DNA of 64,000 bases from the NCBI GenBank assembly GCA_964016885.1, contig OZ024747.1, positions 13,392,001 to 13,456,000 of the forward strand, read 5' to 3'. Below, in pieces: positions 42,300 to 54,473 of the stretch. Within the stretch, counting starts at the first letter, position 1; every line of letters begins with the position of its first letter. The notes below the pieces were generated by a model. That model was not told where the DNA came from. It did no database searches and saw nothing but the letters and a program-made list of their open reading frames with translations. The DNA is from Eledone cirrhosa (taxonomy: Eukaryota). The translations under genes were made by a program, and so were the position numbers.

Positions 42300-43886
42300 A
42301 TGCAGCTAAATCACACCTGTCTTTGATTAAATGAATATTGAGGTCCTGTATCTGAAATAAAAGTGGTTCCTATTTAAATTAAATTCAAATCTATTTTAAT
42401 AGAATCGATTAGAAATACCATCTTGATAATGAAATGATTAATACTTTTATTAAATCCCTCCAAATTCTTTGCTAATTAATTGAAATACAGTGCAATTCAT
42501 TAGAAATGGTGTCACGGAGGTTAAACAAGAACGACAACAAAAATACTGTTAAGGCATGTAACATAAAAGAAAAGAGTTGATCATTAAATCAAACCAAGGA
42601 AATAATATTTCCATTTGTTTTTCCATTACTTATACTATCTGCCAGTTATAATTCCTGGCAGGAGGAAGGATTAAACTTAGGATGCAGAGAACTGGATCAG
42701 ATACCACAAATCATCTATCTTGTCTAACTCTTTAACAATTCTGTCAATCCATCAGCCCTTGTTTGGTATTTATTTTATCTATTTTGAAAGGATGTGAAGT
42801 AGTTTCATGTAAAAATAAGATGCCTGAGAACAATCAACAGCAGGATATCTCAAAGTTGTCCATAAAATTTTGTCAGGGGTGAATATAAGTTTAAGGGTCA
42901 ACAATACTTTTATAATATCATCATCATCATCACCGTTTATCGTCCATTTTTTCCATGCTAGTATGGGTTAGATGAATTGTTCCATTGTGAGACTAGGCAG
43001 ATCAGATGACAGTGTCTTGCTCATACAGAATTGATTCTGGTTTGATTTCTATGGCTGGATGTTCTTCTTAACATCAATCACATTTACAAGAAGAAAAATT
43101 GCTGAATCATGTAGCCTAGTTGCCAGATATCATACATCTAGCAGGATAGTTGATAGTTTGCTGATATTTTTCTCATGCAAGTCACATTAAACACTAGGAA
43201 ATGGGTTATGTTTTGTAATTTTAGATTCCATTTACAGTCAGCTAATTCTTTTCTTTAAGTAAGTTGTATTAAACACTAATGAATTCATTATGTCTTGTAA
43301 TTTTATATTCAATTAATTTGTTTCGGATGAATAGAAATATAATTATGTTACAGGGGGTCTATCAATTAAAATGTTTGAAAAGATCTGATATCTACAGCAT
43401 CTGATGGCAGAAAGACAAGATGTACTTTAAGTTCTATATAAAAATCTAGTTAGCTTTACTAATGAAACACCAACTTTGCTGATCTGTCATTGTTGTTTAA
43501 CACCAATTCAACTCTGATAAAAGTAGACTTATGATCAAATGTGTTACAACTATAACTATCTTGTCTTTTATTCAGATATAGAGTATTTAGGACACCATTA
43601 TCTAATGTGTTTTTTTGTTTTTCTAATTTTAAGGCAGTAGATCTGGTTTCAATTCTACACCAAGGAAGTGCTTAATGTTTGAGGGTGGTGCTCCAACATG
43701 GTCACAACCAGCTGATTGAAACTAGTAAAGGCATATACATTTGGAACAAACTATATATTATAAATATTAAATATCCAAAATATAGGTGTATATTTACTAA
43801 CATTTCTTTTCTATAATATTACGATAGTTCCATAGCTACAGTTAATCTGAAGTGTTAAACAAGTAATGAATATATATATATATATA

Positions 43887-44235
<349 letters not shown>

Positions 44236-44404
44236 GTAATAACATAAACGGAGAAAGCTATTAGCGATACTCCGACCAATTTCCAACTCACTCAACAAAC
44301 ATTAGGAAGTACCGGAGTATGTTCCCAATTAAACATTTGGAGTGCTAACTATATTGTATTGTGTGGATAATTGGCTGTATTATTTATATTTATAACTGAA
44401 CACC

Positions 44405-44436
<32 letters not shown>

Positions 44437-44441
44437 ACTGT

Positions 44442-44669
44442 GAAGGCGTGTGGCTGAGTGGTTAGAGAATTGGATTCACAATCTTGAGGTTGTGAGTTCG
44501 ATTCCTGGACCGGGCGATGCATTATGTCCTTGAGCAAGACACTTTATTTCACGTTGCTCCTTCTACCTGGAGTTGCGACCGATAGATAGTACTAGCAACT
44601 GGAAAGACCAATGGAAACATTGTTTCCTCGGTCCGATTTGACGAAAGTCGATCGATTAAAAAAAAAAAA
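44442..44669 (+). mobile_element. tRNA-derived SINE with family B-like core, different 3' end and poly(A); partial copy near 51695-51840
   Basis: TGGCTGAGTGG A box, GAGTTCGATTCC B box, TCCTTGAGCAAGACACTT core. Confidence 0.75.
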
Positions 44670-45452
44670 TATATATATATTATTACTATATATATATATA
44701 TCATCATCATCATCATCATCATCGTTTAACGTCCCTGTTCCACGCTTGAATGGGTTTGGACGGGGGTTTTCCCACTTGAGGCAAGAGTGGTTGTCTTGCT
44801 CGCATAGGACTGTCTGGCGGGTTTTCTACAGTTGGATGCCCTTCCTAACACCAACCATATTTACAGTGTGGGGCTGGGAGGTTTTCACCGTGTTGCCTAC
44901 ACGGCCACATTACAGCATGGACTGTCTATATATATATATATATAGTAATAATATATATAGTAATAATATACAGTAATAATATAGTAATAATAGATCCCGT
45001 TAAGGGTGAAAGCAGCGATTCTTTGCTTAAACTTTAATCTGTTATTTTAATAAATATATATATATATTATATATATATAATGGTCTTATTTTCAGGTATG
45101 TAGTCCAGGTGGTTAGCATGCTAGACTCATGATCATAAGTTCATGGGTTCAAGCCCTGGGCTGGGTATTTCGGTGTGTTCTTGAGCAAGACACTTCATTT
45201 CACATTGCTTTTCATGATAGGACTGTGACCCCTTATCATTAAAACACCCAATAAACCTAGGAAACCTTGGCAATGCAACCTCATAGGAGGCTAGCAAAGC
45301 CTACATAGTTGGATCTGTAATAACAACGATATGATAGGACTGAGGTTTCTATCATTAAAACACCCGAGAATCTTCCTACGAGACACAATTTCATGGGAGG
45401 CCAGTTAAACCTACATAAGTGTGAACTATAACTTTAACTATCTTTTTTTTAG

Positions 45453-45749
<297 letters not shown>

Positions 45750-45924
45750 TGAATTGTTACAGACCAGATCAGTACTTAGAGTTACTGTCATCCTAGACAG
45801 GTTTGAAGACCACATCTTGCTTACATACATTCCAGTTTTGACTTGGTTTCTATAGCTAGCTTCCCTTTCGAATGCCACTCACTTTACTGTACTGGGTGAA
45901 CTGTCAACTGATGGTCATCTTTAT

Positions 45925-46200
45925 TGTTTGAGATTTCTGTATTTCATTTGATATATACACAATGTAATCTATAATTATATATGATGGTATTTCATTTGAT
46001 ATATACTCAATCGACACTATAGTTAGGTATAATGGAATTTAATTTGATATATGCACAATCTACATTATTGATTTGTGCATTGGTATTTAATTTGATATAT
46101 GCACTATAGTTGGGTATATTATTTCATTTGATTTACATACACAAGATACACAATAGTTGAATATATTGGTATTTCATTTGATATAAATACAAAATGTACA
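45925..46200. repeat. Decayed tandem repeat of about 45 bp
   Basis: Recurring GGTATTT(C/A)ATTTGATATAT core. Confidence 0.75.
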
Positions 46201-46442
46201 TAATTATTTCCTACCTTGTGTTACCCCCAACCCTACCTGACTAACTTACTCTCTTATTCCTCCCTTTTCTAAATTTCCTCATCTGAGGTTTGAACTTCCT
46301 CCCTTGAGATCAGCAAAGTGCCTCCCTTTTGAGACTTCCTGAAGCAGAAGTTACATGATTGAGTGTTGGTAGGAGATTGTATGAAGATTTTATATAAATA
46401 TGAACTAAAAATGTCTAAAGCATAATAATAAATCTATTTCAG

Positions 46443-46555
46443 GCTGGTTACTGACAAGACCCCCAAGTCAGAGTGAACAAATATACAACAAATTTGAAAC
46501 TGCATTTTCAGTGATTTATTCCTATTTAGTACAGAACCTTTCACCCAAAATGAAA
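46443..46555 (+). CDS. DNAH5: Dynein heavy chain exon 16 (WLLTRPPSQSEQ...LSPKMK)
   Basis: cag|GC ... AAA|gtaagt; 113 nt; its phase is required to join exons 15 and 17. Confidence 0.88.
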
Positions 46556-46577
46556 GTAAGTTGAGCTTTTCTCATTG

Positions 46578-46613
<36 letters not shown>

Positions 46614-47022
46614 ATAATAATAAAATTGAAGACTAAAATCCAAAGAGGGCTTGATAAGGATAAATATATATCAAATATATAAGAACCGTAGAGCAAGTCT
46701 CTATGCACCACCTAAGAGAACATTAGTCTACGACCTCTTTTATACCTAAACGTGGTTCTGTCTTTGCGTGTAATTGTTTTTCACCGCTCCTTTTAATGAC
46801 GTATTATTCGTTTTTTCCCATTCTTTGCCAGCGAACGTTTCCACGAACCAAAGTATCGTCTTCCTGTCTTCCTCCGGTTGCAACGTTTTTTGAAATATCC
46901 AGTTCTGCGTTTACAGATTGACTTTGTTAGTTTCAGAAGATCCCGTTAAGGGTGAAAGCAGCGATTCTTTGCTTAAACTTTAATCTGTTATTTTAATAAA
47001 TATATATATATATATATATATA

Positions 47023-47252
47023 TCATCATCATTTCATTTTACATCTGCTTTTTCCCTGCTTGCAAGGGTGGGATGGGAACTGATTCTGGCTTGATTTCTA
47101 CAGCTGGATGCCCTTCCCAGCACCAACCTCATTTACAGTGAGTTCTGGGTGCTTTTTTGCCGTGGCACCTCCATGACCACTTTGCAGTGGAATGATATGG
47201 ACCCCAGTCCCTATCATCTCATTTCTACAGTTGAGTAAGCTGGAAATAAAGT
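47023..47252 (-). mobile_element. SINE family B 3' fragment, inverted
   Basis: Reverse complement of the family B 3' half. Confidence 0.8.
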
Positions 47253-47272
47253 GTGTGTATATATATATATAT

Positions 47273-47669
47273 GGAGGCACATGGCTTAGTGGTTAGAGCA
47301 TTGGACTTGCAATCGAAAGGTTGTGAGTTCAATTCTCAGACCAGGTGATGTGTTGTTTCCTTGAGCAAGACACTTTATTTCACATTGCTCCAGTTTACTC
47401 AGCTGAAAATGAGTACCAGCAATAGCTGGAGGTTTAACCCTGCGATGGACTGGCGTCCAGAGTCTGTAGAAATGAGATGATAGGGACTGGGTTCCCTATC
47501 ATTCCACTGCAAAGTGGTCGTGGAGGTGCCACAGCAAAAAAGCACCCAGCACTCACTGTAAATGAGGTTGGTGTTAGGAAGGGCATCCAGCTGTAGAAAT
47601 CAAGCCAGAATCAGTTCCCGTCCCACCCTTGCAAGCAGGGAAAAACGGACGTAAAATGATGATGATGAT
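47273..47669 (+). mobile_element. SINE family B copy, long form with an extra segment of about 60 nt
   Basis: Matches 5292-5634 plus the segment AAAATGAGTACCAGC...GAGTCTG. Confidence 0.87.
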
Positions 47670-47716
47670 ATATATATATATGTGTATATATATGTATATA
47701 TATATATATGTATATA

Positions 47717-47754
<38 letters not shown>

Positions 47755-47758
<4 letters not shown>

Positions 47759-48157
47759 TGTTAAACAATATTCGATGAGTATGTCAAAGAATGAGTTTTA
47801 CAGTAGATTGGAAGCACTCTACGGAAAATATAATTTTCCGGAGTTATTAATATTAAAATATAAATATTAATAAAATAGATGTTCTTTTGATCAATTACAT
47901 TTTATTATACATATTTTGGATGTACAACAACATGTCCTCATCAGACAAAATATAATGATACATGACATACCCTGAGATGTTAAATGGTTAAGATTTAATC
48001 AAGGTAGATTAAATCTTAACCATTTAACATCTCAGGGTATGTCATGTATCATTACATTTTGTCTGATGAGGACGTGCTGTTGTACATCCGAAATATGTAT
48101 AATAAAATGTAATTAATCAAAAGAACATCTATTTTATTAATATTTATATTTTAATAT
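47755..48157 (-). mobile_element. Foldback element with hammerheads (Penelope-like pLTR remnant or non-autonomous element)
   Basis: Inverted arms of about 150 bp (47850-48000 and 48007-48157), 6-nt loop, tail of about 95 nt; (TA)n on both sides. Confidence 0.7.
48053..48111 (+). ncRNA. Minimal type I hammerhead ribozyme motif
   Basis: Stem I TACATTTTGT/ATAAAATGTA, CTGATGA, stem II GGACGTGC-TGTT-GTACATCC, GAAA, TATGTA, UA. Confidence 0.8.
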
Positions 48158-48197
48158 ATATATATATACACACACACATATATATATATAAAAAAAA

Positions 48198-48377
48198 AGA
48201 TTCTACAGGACTAGAACTGTTTCATTCTTTAGAAATCATCAGATTCCTGATGATTTCTAAAGAATGAAACAGTTCTAGCCCTGTAGAATCTCATCTATAT
48301 TAAAATTTTTTTCTCTGCTATGTATTGAGTACCTTACTTACTGTGGTTACCTCCGATTCAACCGGGAATAACTTACT
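48198..48377 (+). mobile_element. Foldback element with hammerhead-like core; related copies near 2300-2450, 10325-10392 and 59136-59267
   Basis: Arms 48198-48242 and 48247-48291 with CTGATGA...GAAACAGTTCTA; shared tail GTATTGAGT(A/G)CCT(T/C)ACTTA(C/T)TGTGGTTACC. Confidence 0.6.
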
Positions 48378-48555
48378 ATATATATATGTATGTATATATT
48401 ATATTGGCAGTACCTGTTGATTGAATGTCACTGATGAGATTAACAAATCTTAAAACAGCACTGTCAGGCACATTTGACTGCTACTGGTATTTTTGTGACA
48501 TGTTCACAAAGGCTCTCATACATATTGTATATATTATATGCTTTCATATACACCC

Positions 48556-48743
48556 GGTGGATTGGCAGTATCGGTAGAGGTTCGGACGCCATGCTTTGAC
48601 GCATAGAGTTACGGCCCTTGCCATTCTGAGTTCAAATCCCGCCGAGGTTAACTTTGCCTTTCATCCTTACGGGGTCGATAAAATAAAGTACCAGTAATGT
48701 ACTGGGTAATTTTCTGGCCTTGTGCCAATAGTAGAAACAATTA
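48556..48743 (+). mobile_element. SINE family A copy
   Basis: High identity to 1391-1583. Confidence 0.85.
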
Positions 48744-49459
48744 TATACATATATATATATAATAATAATAATAATACAAGGATGATTTGTTAAGCCTTCA
48801 TTACATTTATTGATTGGTGATGCATGTTTTGCTATTGATCAGCTCAAGGTTCGATCTGTATCAATCTGGCCCAACTCTGGAATCAAAAGCCCGTCGGACC
48901 TCTGTTGTTGTAATGACAGAATATATGTATATATATATATATATGTATGTATATGTATATATATTGCCTTGGTTTTCTATGGTTGAATACCCTTCTTATG
49001 CTAACCCTATTTCTCATTTTAATTTTCAATATTACTTGAGACAAAATGGCTGAAAAAAAATATGTGGAGTTATTGTCTACTTCACCACTGTTATTAATTT
49101 CCTGAAACCAAATATAATCATTTGGCATCATTTCTCTCATTAGTGAGTGCTTGAAAAAATATAAAGCATCTCAAATTCTTGTATATTTGTTCTGCTATAA
49201 ATTTGAAACCTTGTATCTTTGAAAGAAGTTAGCAACAAAAATATCTATCTATAGTTATTGTGTTTAAGATTCTGCTGGATGTATAATTGAAACATTGATT
49301 TTATATATGTGTGTGTGGATAGATGTCATAGCTAACAGCAACACATATATACTGTTGCTACTCCAATGACACAAGGTCAAACAGCGTGAAGGAATGTTCT
49401 CTGGCATACAGACCCCCCCCCCCCCCAAACTATTATGTTACCCCTATATTTTGTCCAAC

Positions 49460-49726
49460 AATTTTTCCTTCTTCTTGTCATGCTAAACTCCACCAGTTGC
49501 AGACTGCGCATCAACAGGAGATATTTTTCTCCACAAAGTTCGATCATCAGCAGCAGAGTTTAAAGAGCAAAGATCAAGTCATATAAAAAGATCAACTCGT
49601 TGTGTGAGTAGGTTATGCCTGGAAGGAAGGTTGGCTGGTAAGAGAAGTAGAGGCCGGCAGCCAAAACGATGGCTTGATAATGTCAACTTATGGACTGGAC
49701 TTGATCTTTGCTCTTTAATTTTTCCT
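49460..49726 (-). mobile_element. RTE-like LINE 3' end with 5' inversion and 10-bp target-site duplication
   Basis: AATTTTTCCT at 49460-49469 and 49717-49726; same family as 53936-54433. Confidence 0.8.
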
Positions 49727-49831
49727 ACTATGCTTTAAATTTTGCAATAACCATCTCCTATCCCTATCAATAATCACAATCAACAAAACACCAATGAAAG
49801 CTTTATTTCTGTTGTATATTTTTATCTCTAG

Positions 49832-49996
49832 CTACTGGAATGTAATTATATTCGCCAAGCAATTGATCTTCTTGAAGGCTTAATTCCCAGTGAAGAAGAT
49901 CGCAAGGATATTTCACACTCTCATTTAGACAATCTCATAGTTTTTGCCTTAATGTGGTCCCTTGGAGCATTGTTAGAGATTTCTGACAGGCAAAAG
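49832..49996 (+). CDS. DNAH5: Dynein heavy chain exon 17 (LLECNYIRQAIDLLEGLIP...FALMWSLGALLEISDRQK)
   Basis: tag|CTA ... AAG|gtaagg; 165 nt. Confidence 0.93.
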
Positions 49997-50164
49997 GTAA
50001 GGATATTCTCTTTTTTTTTAACAAATCACCATCGTTTAACGTCTATTTTCCACGTTTCAAATAAATTGCAAAACTAACAACAATCAATAACAAGATGTGT
50101 ATCCTAATTCTCATTAATCTACTAGTGTCAGAAGCATGGATGATGGATACTAGGATGATAGTTT

Positions 50165-50590
50165 TACGCCCAGCAAACTCTGTAAAGTGGTACCACCGGT
50201 ACCAAAATGAAAAGCACCCATTTCACTCTGTGAGGTGGTAGTGCAAGTATTACAACAAAAAGCACCCAGTTCACCCTGTAAGGTGGAAATGCAAGAGATA
50301 TAATAAAATGTTCCCAGTACACATTGTAAAGTGGTTGGCATTAAGAACATCCAACTGTAGAAACCATGTTCTCAGTACATGCTGTAAAGGGATTGGTGTT
50401 AGGCAAGGCATCCAGCCATATAAACCATGCACCCAGTAAAGCGGTTGGTGTTGGGATGGGCATCCAGCTGTAGAAACCAAGCCCAAAACAGAACTCATGA
50501 ACAGGATGTCGTCACCCAACCAATCTAGCCTCAATATGTGACAACCTGTCTAACCCATGCAAGTATGGAAAATAGACGTTTAACAGTAAT
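50165..50590 (+). mobile_element. (GAT)-tail SINE relative with expanded internal subrepeats of about 50 bp
   Basis: Repeated CACCCAG..CACTGTAAAGTGG units ending in the AACCCATGC..GACGTT tail. Confidence 0.6.
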
Positions 50591-50846
50591 GAAGACCAAC
50601 ACCAACAATATGTGTCTCTCCATGGTCACTCAACTTGTTAGAAAACAGCCAAATTTTTTCAATTCAAATCATTCTATCTTACAAAAAAAGGAAGGGCATT
50701 TTGGATAAGGTAGTTTTGAATATACAAAAAGATGGCAGGAACACCTTAGGTTTGCTCATTCAGGGATGATGACCCATCAGTTCCTTTTTCTTTTATAATG
50801 TTCAATTTTCTTAAATATTGTGTCATATCTCACTGTTTATTTACAG

Positions 50847-50963
50847 CTGGAAGAATTTATAAAGACCAATTGCTCTCTGTCGCTGCCTAATGTTGAAGAT
50901 GACAACACCATTTTTGAATACCTTGTGTCTGAGCAGGGAACCTGGCAACATTGGTCAGAAAAG
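50847..50963 (+). CDS. DNAH5: Dynein heavy chain exon 18 (LEEFIK...TIFEYLVSEQGTWQHWSEK)
   Basis: cag|CTG ... AAG|gttaga; 117 nt. Confidence 0.92.
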
Positions 50964-51049
50964 GTTAGAATGGACTTTTTTTCTTGTTTGGAGTATTAGG
51001 AGGTGCTATGGTATTCTTTTTGACATTTATTTTTATTATTATTGTATAA

Positions 51050-51278
51050 CTCAACGAAATATGGAATCACAACTGCCAGGGTTAGTGCTTTATGGTGAAT
51101 CAACTGAAAGTTCTCATCAGTGCAGTGATCTTAGGAAGCACTGGAGAAACCAGTTGAAGTACATCCTTACTGTCTGTGCAATTCCTCCCAAAATTCTTGC
51201 AGATCAGAAGGAGTGGAAGAGAGTTGTCTATGATGGTGTGCAACAGTTTGAAGCTGAATTCACACAGCAACAATAACA
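51050..51278 (+). pseudogene. RTE (BovB-like) C-terminal relic
   Basis: QLPGLVLYGE...RKHWRNQLK...WKRVVYDGVQQFE. Confidence 0.55.
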
Positions 51279-51377
51279 ATGGTTATTTTTCATCCCTGTC
51301 TAGCTTGTCCCTAGATTTATTTATCCCATATTGCATGCTCATCAAAGGTTTGACCCATATATCTAATGGAAAAGAAA

Positions 51378-51567
51378 TAATTGTTTCTACTTTAGGCACA
51401 AGGCCAGCAATTACCCAGTACATTACTGGTACTTTATTTTATCGACCCCGATAGGATGAAAGGCAAAGTTAACCTCGGCGGGATTTGAACTCAGACCGTA
51501 AAGGGACGTAACTATGCTAGAAAGCATGGTGTCCAACCCTCTACCGATACTGCCAATTCACTGCCCT
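51378..51567 (-). mobile_element. SINE family A copy
   Basis: Reverse complement; flanked by the direct repeat CTAATGGAAAAGAAATAAT, a probable target-site duplication. Confidence 0.85.
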
Positions 51568-52021
51568 AATGGAAAAGAAATAATATCATCTTGAAGTTCA
51601 TTTAAGAATTTTTATTAAGTTATGCTCTAAACACCAGCTTAGTAATGAAAAAGTTTGTTATATTATTAAAGCTTTCCAAATTCTTTGATTATTTTTGAGC
51701 AAGACACTATATTTCCCATTGCCCCTTCTCTATGTGTTGTGACTAGTAGATAGTATCAGCAACAAAAAGACCAATGGCAACATTGTTTCCTTGGTTTGAT
51801 TTGATGAGTTCCACCCCACTCAGTAAGTTGATTATTAAAAAGAAAGGAAGATGTGAAAATCACAGGCAGTGTTTTTCATAAAAAATATGGCAACGAAAAG
51901 GTTAATGATGATAATGAATTTTTATGACATGGAATATTGTGTCAGGAAACACATTTAACATGTATAATTGCATTTGTATCTTTGGCTAATGTACCTGTTA
52001 ATTGTTTTGTTATTATTGTAG

Positions 52022-52162
52022 GTGTCTTCATATATATACCCTCCTGATTCCTCACCAGAGTACACATCTATCTTGGTACCTAATGTAGACAATGTCAGGA
52101 CAGATTTTTTGATTGGTTCCATTTCCAAACAAGGAAAAGCAGTGCTACTTACTGGAGAACAG
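52022..52162 (+). CDS. DNAH5: Dynein heavy chain exon 19 (VSSYIYP...[12 protein letters not shown]...AVLLTGEQ)
   Basis: tag|GTG ... CAG|gtatta; 141 nt. Confidence 0.95.
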
Positions 52163-52502
52163 GTATTAATACAAATTGTTAGTCATGTCAACTTATGTGT
52201 GTGTGTAATTGTGGAGTTAGTTTGTGTATAAGTATGTATCTCTGTATGCAGTGGAGTTAGATTGTGTATAAGTGTGTATTTCTGTATGCAGTGGTCTATG
52301 TGTACTCATCATCCTCATCATTGTTTTACATCTCACACTTGCATGGGTTTAGATGGGATATATTTCAATTAATTTTGAAAATAACCAAAGGAATTTAATA
52401 AAATAACTAATTTATTCATTAATAAGCTAATACTTAGAACATCACTTAACAAAACCTTCTAAAATTTAATTATAATATATTTGATATGAGGATAAGTATA
52501 TT

Positions 52503-52693
52503 AATTGTTTCTACTTTTGGCACAAGGCCAGCAATTATCCAGTACATTACTGGTACTTTATTTTATCGACCCCGTAAGGATGAAAGGCAAAGTTAACCTC
52601 GGCGGGATTTGAACTCAGAATGATAAGGGCCGTAACTCTATGCGTCAAAGCATGGCGTCCGACCCTCTACCGATACTGCCAATCCACCACCCT
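52503..52693 (-). mobile_element. SINE family A copy
   Basis: Reverse complement; flanked by the direct repeat GGATAAGTATATTAAT, a probable target-site duplication. Confidence 0.85.
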
Positions 52694-52772
52694 TGGATAA
52701 GTATATTAATGTGAGCAGTTTTGTGTCATAAATTTCAGGCTGTTTGATATCTTGCATTATTTTTGTTTATAG

Positions 52773-52883
52773 GGAACAGCAAAAACTGTCATGATTCAGG
52801 GATACTGCAGCAAATACAACCCAGAACAATATCTCTTCAAGAGCTTCAGCTTCTCCAGTGCCACAACACCCCTTATGTTTCAG
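52773..52883 (+). CDS. DNAH5: Dynein heavy chain exon 20 ([10 protein letters not shown]...[11 protein letters not shown])
   Basis: tag|GGA ... CAG|gtaatt; 111 nt; completes AAA3 Walker A GEQGTAKT. Confidence 0.95.
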
Positions 52884-53742
52884 GTAATTTCAATATAGAT
52901 CAAACTGTTCTTGGTGAGTGTCAGAATGTGTGTGCTGTTGTTGATGTTGTTTAGCTCCATATCAACTCATATTAACTTGCTAGTATTGATGTCAGTGTCC
53001 ACACAGGATGGGGTGAACTGGCTCTAACCAGTGAATCTACAATATCATAAACAGATAACATCCATGCATAGTGATCACAAAGTCGACCATGGTGGGATTT
53101 GAACTCAGAGAGATGGAACAAATAATTCAAAGCATTCTATCCAACATTCTAACGACTCTGCTAATTCACTGCCACAGTTTGATTAATTAATGATAATTAT
53201 TTGCTAAAAAATTCATCAAAAATGTTATACTATGGTAGACCTAACAGGGTTGTTCAATAGTTAGGGTAGCATTATACGTGAGCTCTATGAAAAAAAATCA
53301 ATATTTTTGCCTCCCCATCACTCTCCACTTCACAAAAAAAATCAGGACTCACATTATGTGTGAAGTAGGCTAATATGTTGTATCCTTGAGCAATACACAT
53401 TATTTCACATTGATCTAGTCCAGCTAGCCAAAATGAGTTGTACCTGTAATTCAAGAAGACAGCATTACCGCAAATTGATTCACAATGAATCTCCCTGAAA
53501 ACTATGTTTAAGGTACACATACCTGTGGAATGCTCAGCCACTTACATATCAATTTTATATGTATATATGATATTTACCGATGAAGTTTTGAGTTATTGAC
53601 ACTGGCTTGTAGGTAACTACTTAATTGTGAGAAATGTTAAGTTGTTCAACTCAGTAGAATAAGATATCTTGTTGAGAGATGCAACGCAATGCCTGATAGA
53701 ATATCATATATCATTTTTTTTTTCTTCTCATTGTGATTTAAG

Positions 53743-53865
53743 AGAACCATTGAAAGCTATGTTGACAAAAGAATGGGGACAACATTTGGACCACCAGCAG
53801 GCAAAAAGCTCAGTATTTTTGTTGATGATATCAACATGCCTATCATCAATGAATGGGGTGACCAG
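53743..53865 (+). CDS. DNAH5: Dynein heavy chain exon 21 ([22 protein letters not shown]...[14 protein letters not shown])
   Basis: aag|AGA ... CAG|gtaaaa; 123 nt. Confidence 0.93.
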
Positions 53866-53935
53866 GTAAAACATACTTCTAATATTTACATTGATTTTGT
53901 TTACTTGGTTGATTATTGTTGTTTTTAGTAACTTT

Positions 53936-54433
53936 AATCTTTTCATTCTTCTTGTCACGCTAAACTCCGCCAGTTGCAGACTGAGCATAAACATGTGATA
54001 TCACTCTCCACAAAGTTCGATCAACAGCAGCAGAGTTCAAAGAGCAATGATCAAGTCCAGTCCATAAGTTGACATTCTCAAGCCATCGTTTTGGCTGCCT
54101 GCCTCTGCTTCTCTTACCCGTCAACCTTCCTTCCTTCCAGGCATAACCTACTCACACCACGAGTTGATCTTTTTATATGACCGTGTAGTTTGAGTACTCT
54201 TGACTAACATCAAAACGAGTTTCCTATCATTTGAAGGCTAAGATCTTTGATACTTACATTCTATCAGTTGTGTTATATGGTCTTGACTGTGTTAATTGGA
54301 CAACAAGGTCACTTCAGAAGCTCTCTATATTCCAGAACCACATCATGAGACTTATGACTGGCAAACGGTTCAGCGACCGTATCTGTATCAGTGAGCTACT
54401 CAACATTACCAAACTTAGACCAATCTTTTCATT
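53936..54433 (-). mobile_element. RTE-like LINE 3' end with 5' inversion and 12-bp target-site duplication
   Basis: AATCTTTTCATT at 53936-53947 and 54422-54433. The minus part encodes SRVLKLHGHIKR...GRQPKRWLENV and the plus part KAKIFDTYILSVVLYG...TKLRP. Confidence 0.82.
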
Positions 54434-54473
54434 ACCATGTATCTAATAAAATACAGTGCCTAGAAATTTAATT

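Noticed and set aside
41581-42309. 242-aa poly-His ORF and antisense Met/Val ORF
   Set aside because: Translation of an intronic (CAY)n microsatellite; no splice or domain support.
48424-48475. Hammerhead-like CTGATGA-GATT/AATC...CAGCACTGTC
   Set aside because: GAAA is absent (TAAA) and stem I is out of register; too decayed to call.
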